From the NCBI GenBank assembly GCA_038087875.1, contig CM075989.1:18664001-18728000 (forward strand): 64,000 nt of DNA, in the 5' to 3' direction. Shown here in pieces: positions 39,098 to 51,203 of this stretch. Under the pieces are notes generated by a model. It was not told the origin of the DNA, searched no databases, and worked only from the letters and a program-made list of their open reading frames with translations. How positions within the stretch are numbered: position 1 is the stretch's first letter; the number at the start of each line of letters is the position of its first letter. The translations under genes were made by a program, and so were the position numbers. The DNA comes from Malacoraja senta. Taxonomy: Eukaryota.

Positions 39098-39307
39098 CTG
39101 ACGGAGAAAGAGAGACACTTAGAGAAATGTAAATCTATCCGAAACAGTTCACTGACAGCCATGGTGCTGTACAGCACAGAAAGTGGCCCTTCAGCCCACC
39201 TTGTCCATGCCGACCATGTTGGCGTACTAGGCTGGTCCCATTAGTATGCATTTGGCCCAAATCTCTTCCAACCCTTCCTATCCACAGTGAAAAGCAAATA
39301 TATAAAA

Positions 39308-40050
39308 GGCCCTGTCCCACGGGCAGGCGGTAAGCGCGGCGTAGCAGGAAGTGGGGACCGCGGGGTTGGTCCCACGCAGATCGCTGGAGCCGTATGTAGT
39401 TGGTCCCGACACCGCGCGGGGCTCAGAAAAACTGACACTGTCCAAAAATCCCGTGCGGCAACGGCCTGCCGCCTGGACGCCGCGAGCACCGCCTGGACGC
39501 CGCGAGCACCGCCTGGACGCCGCGAGCCGTCTCGACGGAGTAGGCTAGCACGTTGCGTTGCGTGCTGACGTCATCACCCGATGCCGCGCGACGTCCATTC
39601 GCAGTCGGCCCGCCTTTTACCTGATCACATTAAAACCGCGCGAGATCTAAGACCTCAACAGTCTAGGATTTTACCGCGTTTTTTGAAACGGAGTTCTTCC
39701 CAGGTGAGGTGATCAACCTGCAACAAAATGGCGTCAGGCTCGAGCTTCAAACAGACTTCGCTCAAAATGGACGCCCGCGCACCCCCCGCTTCCGGTAAGT
39801 TCGCGATCGCCGCATGCATTCGCATGCTCATGGGACAGGCCGTGCGGTGATCACCCGGCATCCGCTCGGCAACCGCTTCCGGTAAGGTTGCGCTTGCCGC
39901 ATGCATTCGCATGCTCGTGGGACCGGCCCTTACGGTGATCACTCGGCCCCCGCGCGGCATCCACGCAGCCCTCCCGCGGTAGCCACGCGGTCCCCGCTTC
40001 CGGGGACGCCGCGCTTACCGCCTGGAACTGCCTGCCCGTGAGACAGGGCC
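39308..40050. mobile_element. CpG-rich non-autonomous DNA transposon, probably PIF/Harbinger-like
   Basis: TIR ggccctgtcccacgggcaggc / gcctgcccgtgagacagggcc extended by subterminal inverted repeats; TAA-like flanks; internal 20-bp x3 and about 75-bp x2 direct repeats. Confidence 0.75.
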
Positions 40051-40314
40051 ATAACAAACCTAAGAATTGCTCAACATTGTATCTGTACAAATGCCTTTTA
40101 AAAGTCATAATTGTTAAAGCTTCTGGAGCATCCTCTGGTAGCTCGTTCCAGATGCAGACTATCCTCAGAGAAATAAGGTTGCCTGAGATCCCTCTTAAAT
40201 CTCTCACCCCTCATCTTTAGTGTATGCCCTATGTGGCATCTTGGTCAGTATGGACGAGCTGGGCCGAAGGGTCTGTTTCTGTGCTATAGGACCATATAGA
40301 AACCTCATGGTTAC

Positions 40315-40470
40315 CTTCTAAGATGATCTCATTATGAGGTTCTCCTTTCTCGCCTTTTGGTCCAGGAACACCCAAAGGACCGGGTAACCCATCTGACCCG
40401 GGTGGGCCAGACTCTCCTGTGTCACCCTTGGGTCCTGCCTCTCCCTGCTCCCCTCTCGGTCCAGGGGGTG
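40315..40470 (-). CDS. GLDN: GLDN exon 5, collagen ([18 protein letters not shown]...[13 protein letters not shown])
   Basis: cgcag|CA ... G|gtaac, 156 nt, phase 1-1. Confidence 0.9.
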
Positions 40471-41374
40471 CTGCGAATTGAAGAAGAGATCTTGCTTTAA
40501 TGTGAATTCTAATCAGTTGATTACTTCATAATAGAACCAAGCCGTTATGGATATAGAAAATACGACTAAGAGCAGAAAGTGCTGGAGTAATTCAACGGGC
40601 CAGGCAGCACCTCTGGAGACAGTGGATAGGTGAAGATTCGGGTCAGGATCCTTCATTCTTTAACGTTGTCTATCCATGTCCTCCAGAGATGCTGCCTGGA
40701 CTGCTGAGTTACTCCTGCACTTTGTGCTTTTGCTCAAGATTTCAGCATCTGCATTTCCTTGCGTCTACATAAAATAAGATCATCTGCCTGCAGAATCCAC
40801 ACCTGCCACCTGGAGATAACTTTCCGCACTATAGGTTGGCAACGGCTGGAGAAAATGTCCCACCTTATTCCTTTGTCTCATTTTTATCGGCAATAATAAT
40901 TAATTTCAAGCGTCGAGCATTTTATTGTAACATGTCCCAAAACATTGCAATGAAAGTCAATCCATAAAATTGTGAGAGGTATAGATGGTGTAAATTGTTG
41001 TGGAAATGTCAAAGGCAGAGGGATTGGCATTAAGGCCAAATTTAAAGGCGATTTAAAAAAAAAGATTTTAAAGGCAAGTTTTTTTTTCCACACGAAGGTT
41101 GGTGAGTGTCTGGGACATGCTGCCAGGGTTGGTGGTGGCGGCAGATACAACAATAATGTTTAAGAGACTTATAGATAGGCAGATGGATATGTAAGTTATG
41201 GAGGGATATGGATCATGTGCAGGCAGAGGAGATTAATTTAACTTGGCATTACGTTCAACACAGACATTGTGGGCCGAAGGGCCTGTTCCTGTACTGTTCT
41301 ATGTTCCATGTTCATTACAACTGAAGAGGGTGATGATTCTGTGGAGGAATTCCGAAACGTAAAACACTGTCTAC

Positions 41375-41473
41375 CTTTCCGAGCTCGCTTGCCTTCCTTC
41401 CCAGGTGGTCCAGGAAGTCCAATGAGTCCATCTGAACCATTCAATCCAGGTGGACCATCCAAACCAGGGGGGC
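41375..41473 (-). CDS. GLDN: GLDN exon 4, collagen (GPPGLDGPPGLNGSDGLIGLPGPPGKEGKRARK)
   Basis: tgtag|GC ... G|gtaga, 99 nt, phase 1-1. Confidence 0.9.
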
Positions 41474-41572
41474 CTACAGAGACGGATCAATGCATTAGTC
41501 CAAAAATCAATAGAGTGGCAAATACTTGTCAGAATTCTTTGAGGTTTGAAAGGAGAGTATTGATGAACTTAC

Positions 41573-41599
41573 CTGGAGGTCCAACTGGTCCCGGTGGCC
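41573..41599 (-). CDS. GLDN: GLDN exon 3, 27-nt collagen microexon (GPPGPVGPP)
   Basis: aacag|GG ... G|gtaagt, phase 1-1, three Gly-X-Y triplets. Confidence 0.85.
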
Positions 41600-41716
41600 C
41601 TGTTGTGTATAATTTGGTGGGAAAAAGAAAGAGATTACAGCATATGTAAAAATGTGACAATATCATGGTTACAGTTTAATTGTAGGGAGGGTGGAGAAGG
41701 ATTGGGAATATCTCTG

Positions 41717-41919
41717 TTTACGAAGGAACTATAGATGCTGGTTTACACTGAAGATAGACACAAAATGGCTCAGGCAGCATCTCTGGAGAAAAGGACTAGG
41801 TGACAATTTGGGTCAAGACTCTTCTTCATAATGAAGATGGGTCCTGACCCGAAACGTCACCTATTCCTCTTCCCCAGAGCTGCTGCCTGACCTGCTGAGT
41901 TACTCCAGCATTTTGTGTT
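41717..41919. mobile_element. Penelope-associated inverted pair
   Basis: Inverted arms; TSD tatctctg at 41709-41716 and 41920-41927. Confidence 0.65.
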
Positions 41920-42149
41920 TATCTCTGGGGATTATCTCTGGTGGGGTGAGAACAGGGTTGTCCTGGGACGAAACGAATACAATCGCAACTTTTTTAAAAG
42001 GCCTTTGGACACACAAAAGGACAAATGGACAGGCTTGGAGGGATATGGGCCAAATGCCGACATATATGCCAACTTGCATGGCATGGACAAGGTGGGCTGA
42101 AGTGCCTGTTTCTGTGCTGTTTGGCCTAATAACTTTATAAAAATCATCT

Positions 42150-42600
42150 GATCAATGGGGGAGGTGGCACCAATGCAGTCGTCAATGTAACGGAGGCTGA
42201 TCAATGAGTGAATGGGGGAGGTGGCAGCCAGGGAGATGAAAATGGTGGTTTCTGCACAAAAGCTTTGAAATAAAGGCACTTGGAGGCTGAGAACAGATGA
42301 GAGAATGCAAGAGTGGCGGGGGGGACCTTGAACTTGCCCAGCAGGTCAGGCTGCGCTGATAGGAAAGGATAGAAACTGAGACTTTATTGCAGGGAGTGTT
42401 TTGGCTCATCCTAATGTGAATGGAGAACGCTGCAGAATTCAACAATGAGTCCCTCAAGCTGCAACATGCCCAGGCATTGTTTCTCATGCTTTACGACGGC
42501 TCTCGTTATAACGGCGCGGGAGTCTGCAGGGAGGTGCGAGGGGGAGTGGGACGGGGAATTAAAGCGGCAAGACTAAGGAAACTCTGGAGACAAGAGAAAC
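42150..42600 (-). mobile_element. Penelope-like retroelement RT fragment
   Basis: LRYIDDCIGA (RT catalytic YxDD motif in a Penelope-like context); internally deleted. Confidence 0.55.
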
Positions 42601-43989
42601 TGCAGGTGGCAGTTTACCAAAAAAAAACGCACAGCGCTGGAGTAATTCAGTGTACAGGCATCAAGAACCAAAGGGCATAAGTTTAAGGAGAGAAAGGGAA
42701 AAAGGAGCCTAAGTGGCAACGTTTTCACTCAGAAGTAGGTAGGTATATGGAACGAGCTGCCAGAGGAGGTAGTTAAGGCAGGTACAATAACAACTTGGAC
42801 AGATACATGGACAGGAAAGGTTTAGACCGGTATGGGTCAAACCCAGTGAAGTGGAACTAGCTTGGGTGTGGCATTTTGGTGGGCATGAACCACTTGGGTT
42901 GAAGGGCCTGTTTCGGTGCTGCATAACTTAACATGACCCCTTTCCTCCTCACGATTTAAGAGAAAAACATTCAAATATAGATTCCAGGTCATTGAGATTT
43001 GACCTCCCAAATTCAGCAGAATGTCAAATAATAAATGGAACAATGATACAGTATTGTTGCAGCTTCAGTTCAACCTCACTCGCTCCCTCACGCATCCACT
43101 TTCCCATCCGGGCAACAACCTTTCAAAATATCCTTTGCGCACATTCCCCCCCCCCCCCCAGATTGTGGTTGCTGCCCATATTCCCAATTCCCAATGCTGC
43201 CACTAAATTACACTGCACAAATATCCAATCCTTTTTCACAAGCAGAATAAATGAAACATATTAAATTATAGGACCTCTGTAAATTGCCCCTAGTGTGGGG
43301 GGAGTGACTGCGACTATGGGATCACATAAAACTAGTGTGAACAAATGATGGATGGGCAGCATGGACTCAGTGGGCCGAAGGGCCCGTTTCTCTGCTGCAT
43401 CTTTAATCAATTATCTCCAAACATCTCCATTTCCCACAGAAGCAGAACCGTCCAACAGTTAAAATGAAGTATGCATTTCCATACTGCCTGACCCACTGAG
43501 TTACTCCAGCATTTTGTGTCTACCTTCGATTTAAACCAGCATCTGCAGTTCTTTCCTATGCATTTCCATGATGAATACTACATAAAAAAATATATATGAT
43601 TGGAATGACCATTGCTAGCCGTACAGTTTATCAGAGCTTCCGTGCATCAGTGCTGTTTACAGCAAGCTATGGAATAGCACATCAGCCAAGTCTCAATAAC
43701 ATTGACTTGCAATCTTGCAGGTTGCTACGGTAACCCTCACACAGTCCCATTCATGCTCATACACTACCCAGCCAATTTATGTGTAGTCCACAAGCAGCCT
43801 CGGAAACAACTCGCAAAGCTTAATTAGTATTAACACATTCTAAAATTAATTCGATTACGTCACAAATCCTGTGAACGACACATCACGTTCGTAGCCACGA
43901 GGAGCAGCTTACAGATAAGAAACATTTAATATAATTCCGTTTTTCAGTCTGATATCTCATGCAAAGTGGGGAACGTTTCAGAAACATAC

Positions 43990-44041
43990 CTGTCAAGCAT
44001 ATCCCCTTTGTGCTGTTGCACAAGTCCACTAAGATTCGAAC
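43990..44041 (-). CDS. GLDN: GLDN exon 2 (VRILVDLCNSTKGICLT)
   Basis: cacag|GTT ... G|gtatg, 52 nt; DLCNSTKGICLT motif typical of gliomedin. Confidence 0.93.
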
Positions 44042-44189
44042 CTGTGGAAAAAATGTAACCATGGTTATATTAAAAATGTCCCAAAAAATGTACATTATTT
44101 ATTTATCATGGCATGAGGGTGGCAGACACTTGCCCGGTCCATCTCGTTCAATGGCATTACAGGATCTACCCACCAGTGAGGGATCTACG

Positions 44190-44574
44190 GTAGGCGCTGC
44201 CTCAAATAAAGGCAGCCGATATCACCACAAACCCACATCGCCCTGGCCACGCTCTCATCTCGCCATTACCATAAGAAGGACGGTACAGGAGCCGGACAAC
44301 CATGACCTCCAGGTTCAAGGACAGCTTCTTCTCAGCAACCATCAGGTTCTTGAACACTGCACAACACTAACCTCAACAACTGTGATCTACTATGGACTTT
44401 GGTCTGATTTTACAATGGAATTTGGATTTGCCCTATTATGGTGAATGACAATTAATTTATCATATTATTGATTATTAAACATTTATCTGTGTGTGCTTGA
44501 GTTAATGGGCCTGTAAAGCAGCAGCCAGTAAGAGTTTCTTTGCTCCATTGCCGGAACTTATGACAATTAAACAC
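44190..44574 (+). mobile_element. Rex1/Babar-like LINE 3' fragment
   Basis: Remnants of ...PLP.RRRYRS..TMTSRFKDSFFSATIRFLN and 3' UTR. Confidence 0.55.
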
Positions 44575-45801
44575 TCAGATGAACTACTTTCCCCATCAAT
44601 AAAGTAGTTCATCTGAAAGCTCATGTCATAGAAGCAGAATTAGGCCATTCAGCCCATCGAGTCTACTCCACCATTCAATCATGGCTGATCTATCTTTCCC
44701 ACTCAACCCCATTCACGTGCTTTCTCCCATACCCCATTGCTAATCAAAAACCTGTCAATCTCCACTTAAAAAGTACCCAACGACTTGGCCTCCACAGTCA
44801 TCTGTAGCAATGAATTCCACAGATTCACCACCCTCTGACTAAAGATATTCCTCCTCATTTCCGTTATAAAGGTAAGTCCTTTTATTCTGTGGTCTTTTTA
44901 GCTCCTGAATATTTAAGGGATCTTTGCGCAGACGTAAATGTATTTGGCTTTGAAGCAATTAGCCACATTCTAAGGTTCCGAAAGGCATTTCATTTGATCA
45001 TTCTGCTTTTGAGTTTCCTTGCCACCTCTCCAGTTTTTTCGGCATGATTACCCTGACATCTGCATTGCGTTTATATTCTCCATTTTCCAGTTGTTGGTGT
45101 GTCGTGAGTTCTGGAGTCACAGCTAGTAACTCGTGAAGTTGGGCCTTGTCCACTGTAGGTGACGTCTCCTGGATGCAAGGTGCATCATTTCCTTTAGTTC
45201 AGTGACCACCAATACTCTGCGGTAGCCCGTATCTGCCAGGAGATCTTTGTGCAGTAAGATCTGTCTAATTTTTTATGGGAGTGGAACAAAGTTCAAATTT
45301 TTGGTGACTAACTAAAAAAAAACGTTTTAAAAAATCCCTCTCTTCCCTCTGCTCCACCTGATGCGCACCCATTTCTCGTCCAATCCCACCTACTCTATCC
45401 CTGCCCCTCATTCCCCCCAATTTTCTTCTACCTACATCCCTTCCTCCAGCTTCACAATCACTCCTCTCCTTATCCCACACTTCTTGCCTTTTCATCTCTG
45501 GCCTCTGGCTGTCCAGCAATGCGTTAGTCGGCAGGGATCACGCTGGGATCAGCAACAGATGACTGAGTAAGAGGGTGAAGTTGACCGCGATCTGAAGGGG
45601 AGAAGAGTGCACTTGTAGGGACATTCGTGACCCACCTCCCGGGAAAAAACTATGGTCCCTAAGTCTGAGGTTGATCTGGTTCCCAGACAAGATACTTAGA
45701 AGCAGAAAGCGAAGGTAAGACCACTTGTGTAAAGGATTGGCTTGTGTATTGAATTGGGTAAAGTAAAGGATTAGCCCCCTCATCTGTATCCACCTATCAC
45801 T

Positions 45802-45899
45802 GAGTCTGAAGAAGGGTTTCGGCCCGAAACGTTACCTATTTCCTTCGCTCCATAGATGCTGCTGCACCCGCTGAGTTTCTCCAGCATTTTTGTGTACCT
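45802..45899 (+). mobile_element. Minimal 98-bp Penelope-associated element with hammerhead-like core
   Basis: 13-bp TSD tccacctatcact (45789-45801, 45900-45912); CTGAAGA-A-GGGT-TTCG-GCCC-GAAA-CGTT. Confidence 0.7.
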
Positions 45900-47119
45900 T
45901 CCACCTATCACTTGTCTGACTTTGTCCCATCCCGTCCCCTCCGCCCTCCACCTCTCTTCTACATTCTTTAAATAAACTTAACAATTGTGAGATTTTATAC
46001 TTTCAATTTACTTATATTATGTTCATAAGTTTTTAAAAAGCTTTGGAATGTTTCTAAATGTCAGAAGCATTTGGTCTTTTGTCAGTTTTGTTTAGCCAGC
46101 TAGACGGGATATGTTAAGCCAGGTTTCAGTTTTGATGTAAATCTTCTGATACAACTCTAGGCACTGTATCTCTAAAGTCTAAAGACTATTTAATAGATTC
46201 AGGGTCACTGTTGCTCCAAATAGCTGTTTCTAATTCCAGATTTATCAATTGAATTAATTAATTTGAATTCCCCAACTAATTTGTTGGGGTTGTGTTCTCA
46301 TCACCTCTCATCTTTTCTCAAAGAATCTGAATCTCTCAGTCAGTTATTTAATGGTCATGATACAGATCCAGTATTGTGTCCAATCCAGTTTGAACATTAT
46401 CATTGAATTAGTTCCCACCAAACATTCATGTAATATTTTCCAAATCACAGTACCTTGCTTCTTCATGTGGTTCCTATGGCAATCGCAGAAACTGTGCATA
46501 TTCTGCCAATCTGAATCATCTCCCCCTGTAGATAGTTGCTCCTCTTCCAATCTGAGAAACTCCTGTCCCGCTGAGTTACTCCAGCATTTTGTGCCTAGCT
46601 TCGATTTAAACCAGCATCTGCAGTTCCTTCCTACACATTTTGTCTGCTCCACTGCGAAATCTCTTTAAGATATGTCTACTTTGAAAAAGTTCTCCTCCTC
46701 TCCAGGACGAGAGTTCAGCAGCATCCTCTCTTATTGATCCCCCTCTGTGACATTTTATCTCTGTATCGCCCTCTCCCCTGATATCAGTCTGAAGAAGGGT
46801 CTCGACCTTAAACGTCACCCATTCCTTCTCTCCAGAGAAGCTGCCTGTCCCGCTGAGTTACTCCAGCATTTTGTGTCTATCTTCGATGTAAACCACCATC
46901 TGTAGTTCTTTCCTACACAAACTCTGTAGGAGGTTCCTCAATCTCCTTCCTCTCCCTGTTCAATGATGAACACCCCTGGCCTCCGACAGATGAAGGCCTT
47001 GACCTCCTTCCTACATTGTCATGCTTTGCCTTAGACGATAATACATCCTTGAATAAAGCTGAAGGTACCACACTTCACAACTCAAAACATGGGGAAAAGT
47101 GCTGGCATGGATGAGTTTA

Positions 47120-47405
47120 ATTTAGTTTAGTGGAACAGCGTGGAAACTGACCGTGGACCATCGATCACCCGCACATAAGTTCTATGTTATCAAAGTTTTG
47201 CATCCTACATACTAGGGACAAGTAACAGAAGCCAATTAATCTACAAACCTGCCCGTCTTTGGAATGTGGAAGAAAACCAGAGCACCCGGAGAAAACCCAC
47301 ACGGTCACAGGGAGAATGTGCAAACTCCACACAGGCAGCACCTGTAGTCAGGATTGAAACCAGGTGTCTGGTGCTGTGAGGCAGCAGCTCTATCACTGCA
47401 CCAAT
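47120..47405 (-). mobile_element. V-SINE/HE1-like SINE
   Basis: Matches other copies; tail (actaa)n. Confidence 0.7.
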
Positions 47406-47859
47406 GGGCCAAAGGACATGTTTCTGTGCTGGAGCACTCGTCGACTCTCACTTTTGCAAACGTGAATTATCCAGTTAAATTCCTCCTCTAACCCAAGTTG
47501 TATTATTCATGTGAACTATCATACTTGCTCTTCAATAAACCTTTTGTTTTGCTCAGGCAGTTTTCCTGCCAACTATTTGATGTATTATTTTGACTTGTTC
47601 TTTGTTTAGAAATGCAAGATTTAATACTTGCCAGTTGCGATGGTTTGAACAGTTTAAGTGGGCATAATCTTCACTAGGTACATTGAGGGTATAAATTGAA
47701 CTAAAACCTGATGAATTGCCTTGACGGGGAATAATCCTTTCCATTCCCTCTGTAGTCATTTACATGCACTTGAGGAACTTTTGAGAATAATGTATTTGTT
47801 ATAAACCATACTGCACTTCAAAGTATTCTCAGTTGAAATCTTACTTCCTATGTTGAGTT

Positions 47860-48310
47860 CAGGTTAGAGGTACATGGAAACAGGCTCCTTCAGTGCACCC
47901 AGTCCATGCTGACCATTCGCAGTAGTTCTATATGATCCTACATTCACATCCACCCCCTACACACTAGGGGCAATATACACAGGTCAATGAATCTACGAAT
48001 CCGCACGTCTTTGGGATATGGGCGGAAACGGGACTAGTGGCGCCGTTGTAGAGCAGCTGCTTCACAACGCCAGAGACCCAGGTTCGCTCCTGACCTCGGG
48101 TTATCCCTGTGGATATTCCTCCGATTTCCTCCCACATCCCAAAGACGTGTGATCTGTAGGTTAATTGACCTCTGTAAATAGCCCGCCTAGCATGTAGTAG
48201 GGAGTGAGAAAACCATACAACATAGAACTAGTGTGAATGGGTGATCGATGGTCAGTGTGAACGCGATGGGCCTAAGGGCTATCTCTAAACTAAAATAAAC
48301 TGAACTAAAT
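47860..48310. mobile_element. Two V-SINE/HE1-like copies head-to-head
   Basis: Minus copy at about 47860-48030, plus copy at about 48035-48310. Confidence 0.6.
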
Positions 48311-49934
48311 TATCCAGTCAGTTGTTGTCCCAATGTTCCTGAAAGTCAACAAAAATTCTCAGGGGAATATCAGAGACAGGGTGTACAGCCAAACAATGAT
48401 GTCAACTTATAACTTTGTTTTACACACTGGTGAGCAATAACACGATGAATAATTAGTGCTGATCAGTAAGGGTGTCAAAGGTTATGGGGAGAAGGCAGGA
48501 GAATGGGGTTGAGAAGGAAAGATAGATGAGCCATGTTTGAATGGGGGGGGGTGGCAGACTTGATGGGCCGAATGGCCTAATTCTGCTCCTGTGTCTAATG
48601 GAGTTAAACCATTGTCTTGGATAGTCAGGCTCCCACCAATGTTGGCACTCGAGGCTGTGGAACCGGTACAATCTTGGGTCAATAAATCACCCATATTAAT
48701 GAAATAGTTGACATTGATTAGACCAATGATATTCACCTGCTTTATCCATTACCTTCCTTCTACAATGAAGTTAGGAGAGGGAATGTCCATGAATTGTTTC
48801 GCACAGTGGAGATGCAAAAAAAAAACCCTGCAGATGCTGGAAATGTGAGCAAGACACAAAGTGCTGGAGGGACTCAGGGGGTCAGGCAGCATCTGTGGAG
48901 GATCCCTTTTGGGTTGGGACTATTCTTCTATTCACTGTGCCTCAGAAAATGAATCATTCCATCTCTGTGCATCAATACCTGGACAACATTCAGGTAAGAG
49001 GAAGTGATATTTGCATTACACAAGTAACAATAGAGTGAACTTGCTCCCTCCCCTTGACCATTAGCTATAGGAGCTGAGTTAGGCCACTCGGCCCATCGAG
49101 TTTGCTCTGTCATTCAATCATGGCTGATCTATTTTTCCCTCTCAACCCCATTCTCCTGCCTTCTCCCCATCACCTTTATAACCTTTGACATGCAACACTA
49201 ACGCTAACCCTTGTGATGAATAATATGCTCAAGGGAGTCATTGTTGACCAGAAAGCAAACTGGACCAGCAGATTACAAGAACAGTTCATAGTCTTTTGGA
49301 TTTTCATCATGAACTGGACGGAGATCTTTCACTCCACAAGTCCGTGCCAAATCTCAGAGCATTCCCATCAGTTCATTCACCCACCATTCCCTATTCTTTC
49401 CTCACTGAGCAATTAGTGTAGTAGTGAAGCAGGCCCTTCAGCCCATCGAGTCCATGCCGACCAACAGTCACCCCGTACACTAGATTTATACTACACTCTA
49501 TTTAGAACAGCCAATTAACCCAGTATCTGCAGTTTCTTGTGTTTACTTTATTGCAGAGAGTTCACGGTGCTCTCCGTCACTGCATTCAATTGGTATTTAA
49601 ACAACGCGGAGGTTTTCATCCCAACTTCTTCATCAATAGTCAATTATTGAGTTCAATGAATTAACCGCATTCTAGAATAAAGTCTGAGTCTTGTTGCCAA
49701 GAAGCCCCCAGACTCTTGTAAACTCCATTCATTTCACTGATCAACCTCACAGAAGGAAGCATCTGTGATTCCTGGCTCTGACCACCTAATATGTGACTTC
49801 AATCCCACAGCAGTTGCCCTTTGAGATGACCACGCATACCATTCCGTTCAAGGGCAAATAGGGATGGACATCAAATGCTGGGGTGGCCAGTAAACGCCCA
49901 CATTTCATGAACAGAGTGAAACATTCTTATCTTG

Positions 49935-50415
49935 GGGAGGCCGCACTCGGGTTACTGTGTTCGTTTTGGTCCATGCTATAGATGCCATTTAAGCTGGGCG
50001 ATTTGCTAGGATTTTGCCAGGTCTCTCAGCCCTGAGCTATAGGGAGAGGTTGGGCAGGCAAAGACTTTATTCCTTGGAGCGCAGAAGGCTGAGAGATGTA
50101 TAAAATAATGAGGCCAATAGACAGGGTGAATGCACAGTTTATTTTCCCCAGGGTTTGGGACTCGAGAATGAGAGGCCATTGGTTTAAGGTGAGAGGGGAA
50201 ACTTTTTCACATGGATTGAACGAACCGCCAGAGGAGGTAATTGAGGCAGGTACAACAACCACAGTGAAAAGACATTTGGACAGGTACATGGATAGGAAAG
50301 GTTTAGAGGGATAGGGGCCAAATGCAGACAAATGGGACTAGCATAGATGAGGCACTTCGCTCGGCATGGACCAGTTGGGCCGAAGGGCCTGGTTCTGTGC
50401 TGTATGACTCTACGA
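49935..50415 (+). mobile_element. CR1-type LINE 3' fragment
   Basis: ORF track 50096-50314 (MYKIMRPIDRVN...KRHLDRYMDRKG). Confidence 0.7.
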
Positions 50416-51203
50416 TAGTATTTATTAACTTGACCATCCAACCTTTATTCTTCATATTCTAGGATGTGACTAGGATTCCAGTTGGAATTTTTCTTGAAGT
50501 ATTTAATACCCTGTTCTCTTCAATCTAATTCGAACTGGGAGTCAGAATTTAAACTCCAATCCCTCAGTTAAAATGGCGGAGGTGCCCCCGGGGCATAAAG
50601 GTGGAGGGGCGAGGAGAGGGACGTCGGCTCATTGGTCGATCCAGCCGGCCAAGCAAGGCGATGGCTGGAGGCCCTGCAGCAGCCTGGGGCTCGCCTGGAT
50701 CGGGCAGGGCTAGTAAGGCCAAGAGCACAGACCAGCTTTGAAAATGGCACCATCACCTGGCGCCTCTTGCATTTGGGCTCAGTGGACTATTTCTGTACAC
50801 TTTGCTAATCGGGGATTGTGCTTGCGTATGGTAATACTCTACTGGACTGTATGCAAGTAAATAATTTCACTGTGCGTTTGAAACCAGGAGACTTTTGTTT
50901 TAAAGTGTATGAAGGAACTGCAGATGCTGGTGTACACTGAAGATTAGCGCAGTAACTCAGCGGGGCAGGCAACAACTCTGGAGAGAAGGAATGGATGGTG
51001 TTTCGGGTCCAGACCCTTCTCCAGGCTGAGAGCTAGAGGAGAGGGAGACTGGAGATATGGAAGGGTAAGGTGTGAAAACACAGATCAAAGGGGACGATGA
51101 TCAAGGAAATGTAGAATGGTACATTGTTAGCCGCAGGGAAGGTGACAACGAGATATTAATTAATTCCTTTGTTTGAAAGGGTGCTGCAACTTGCTGTACT
51201 CAC

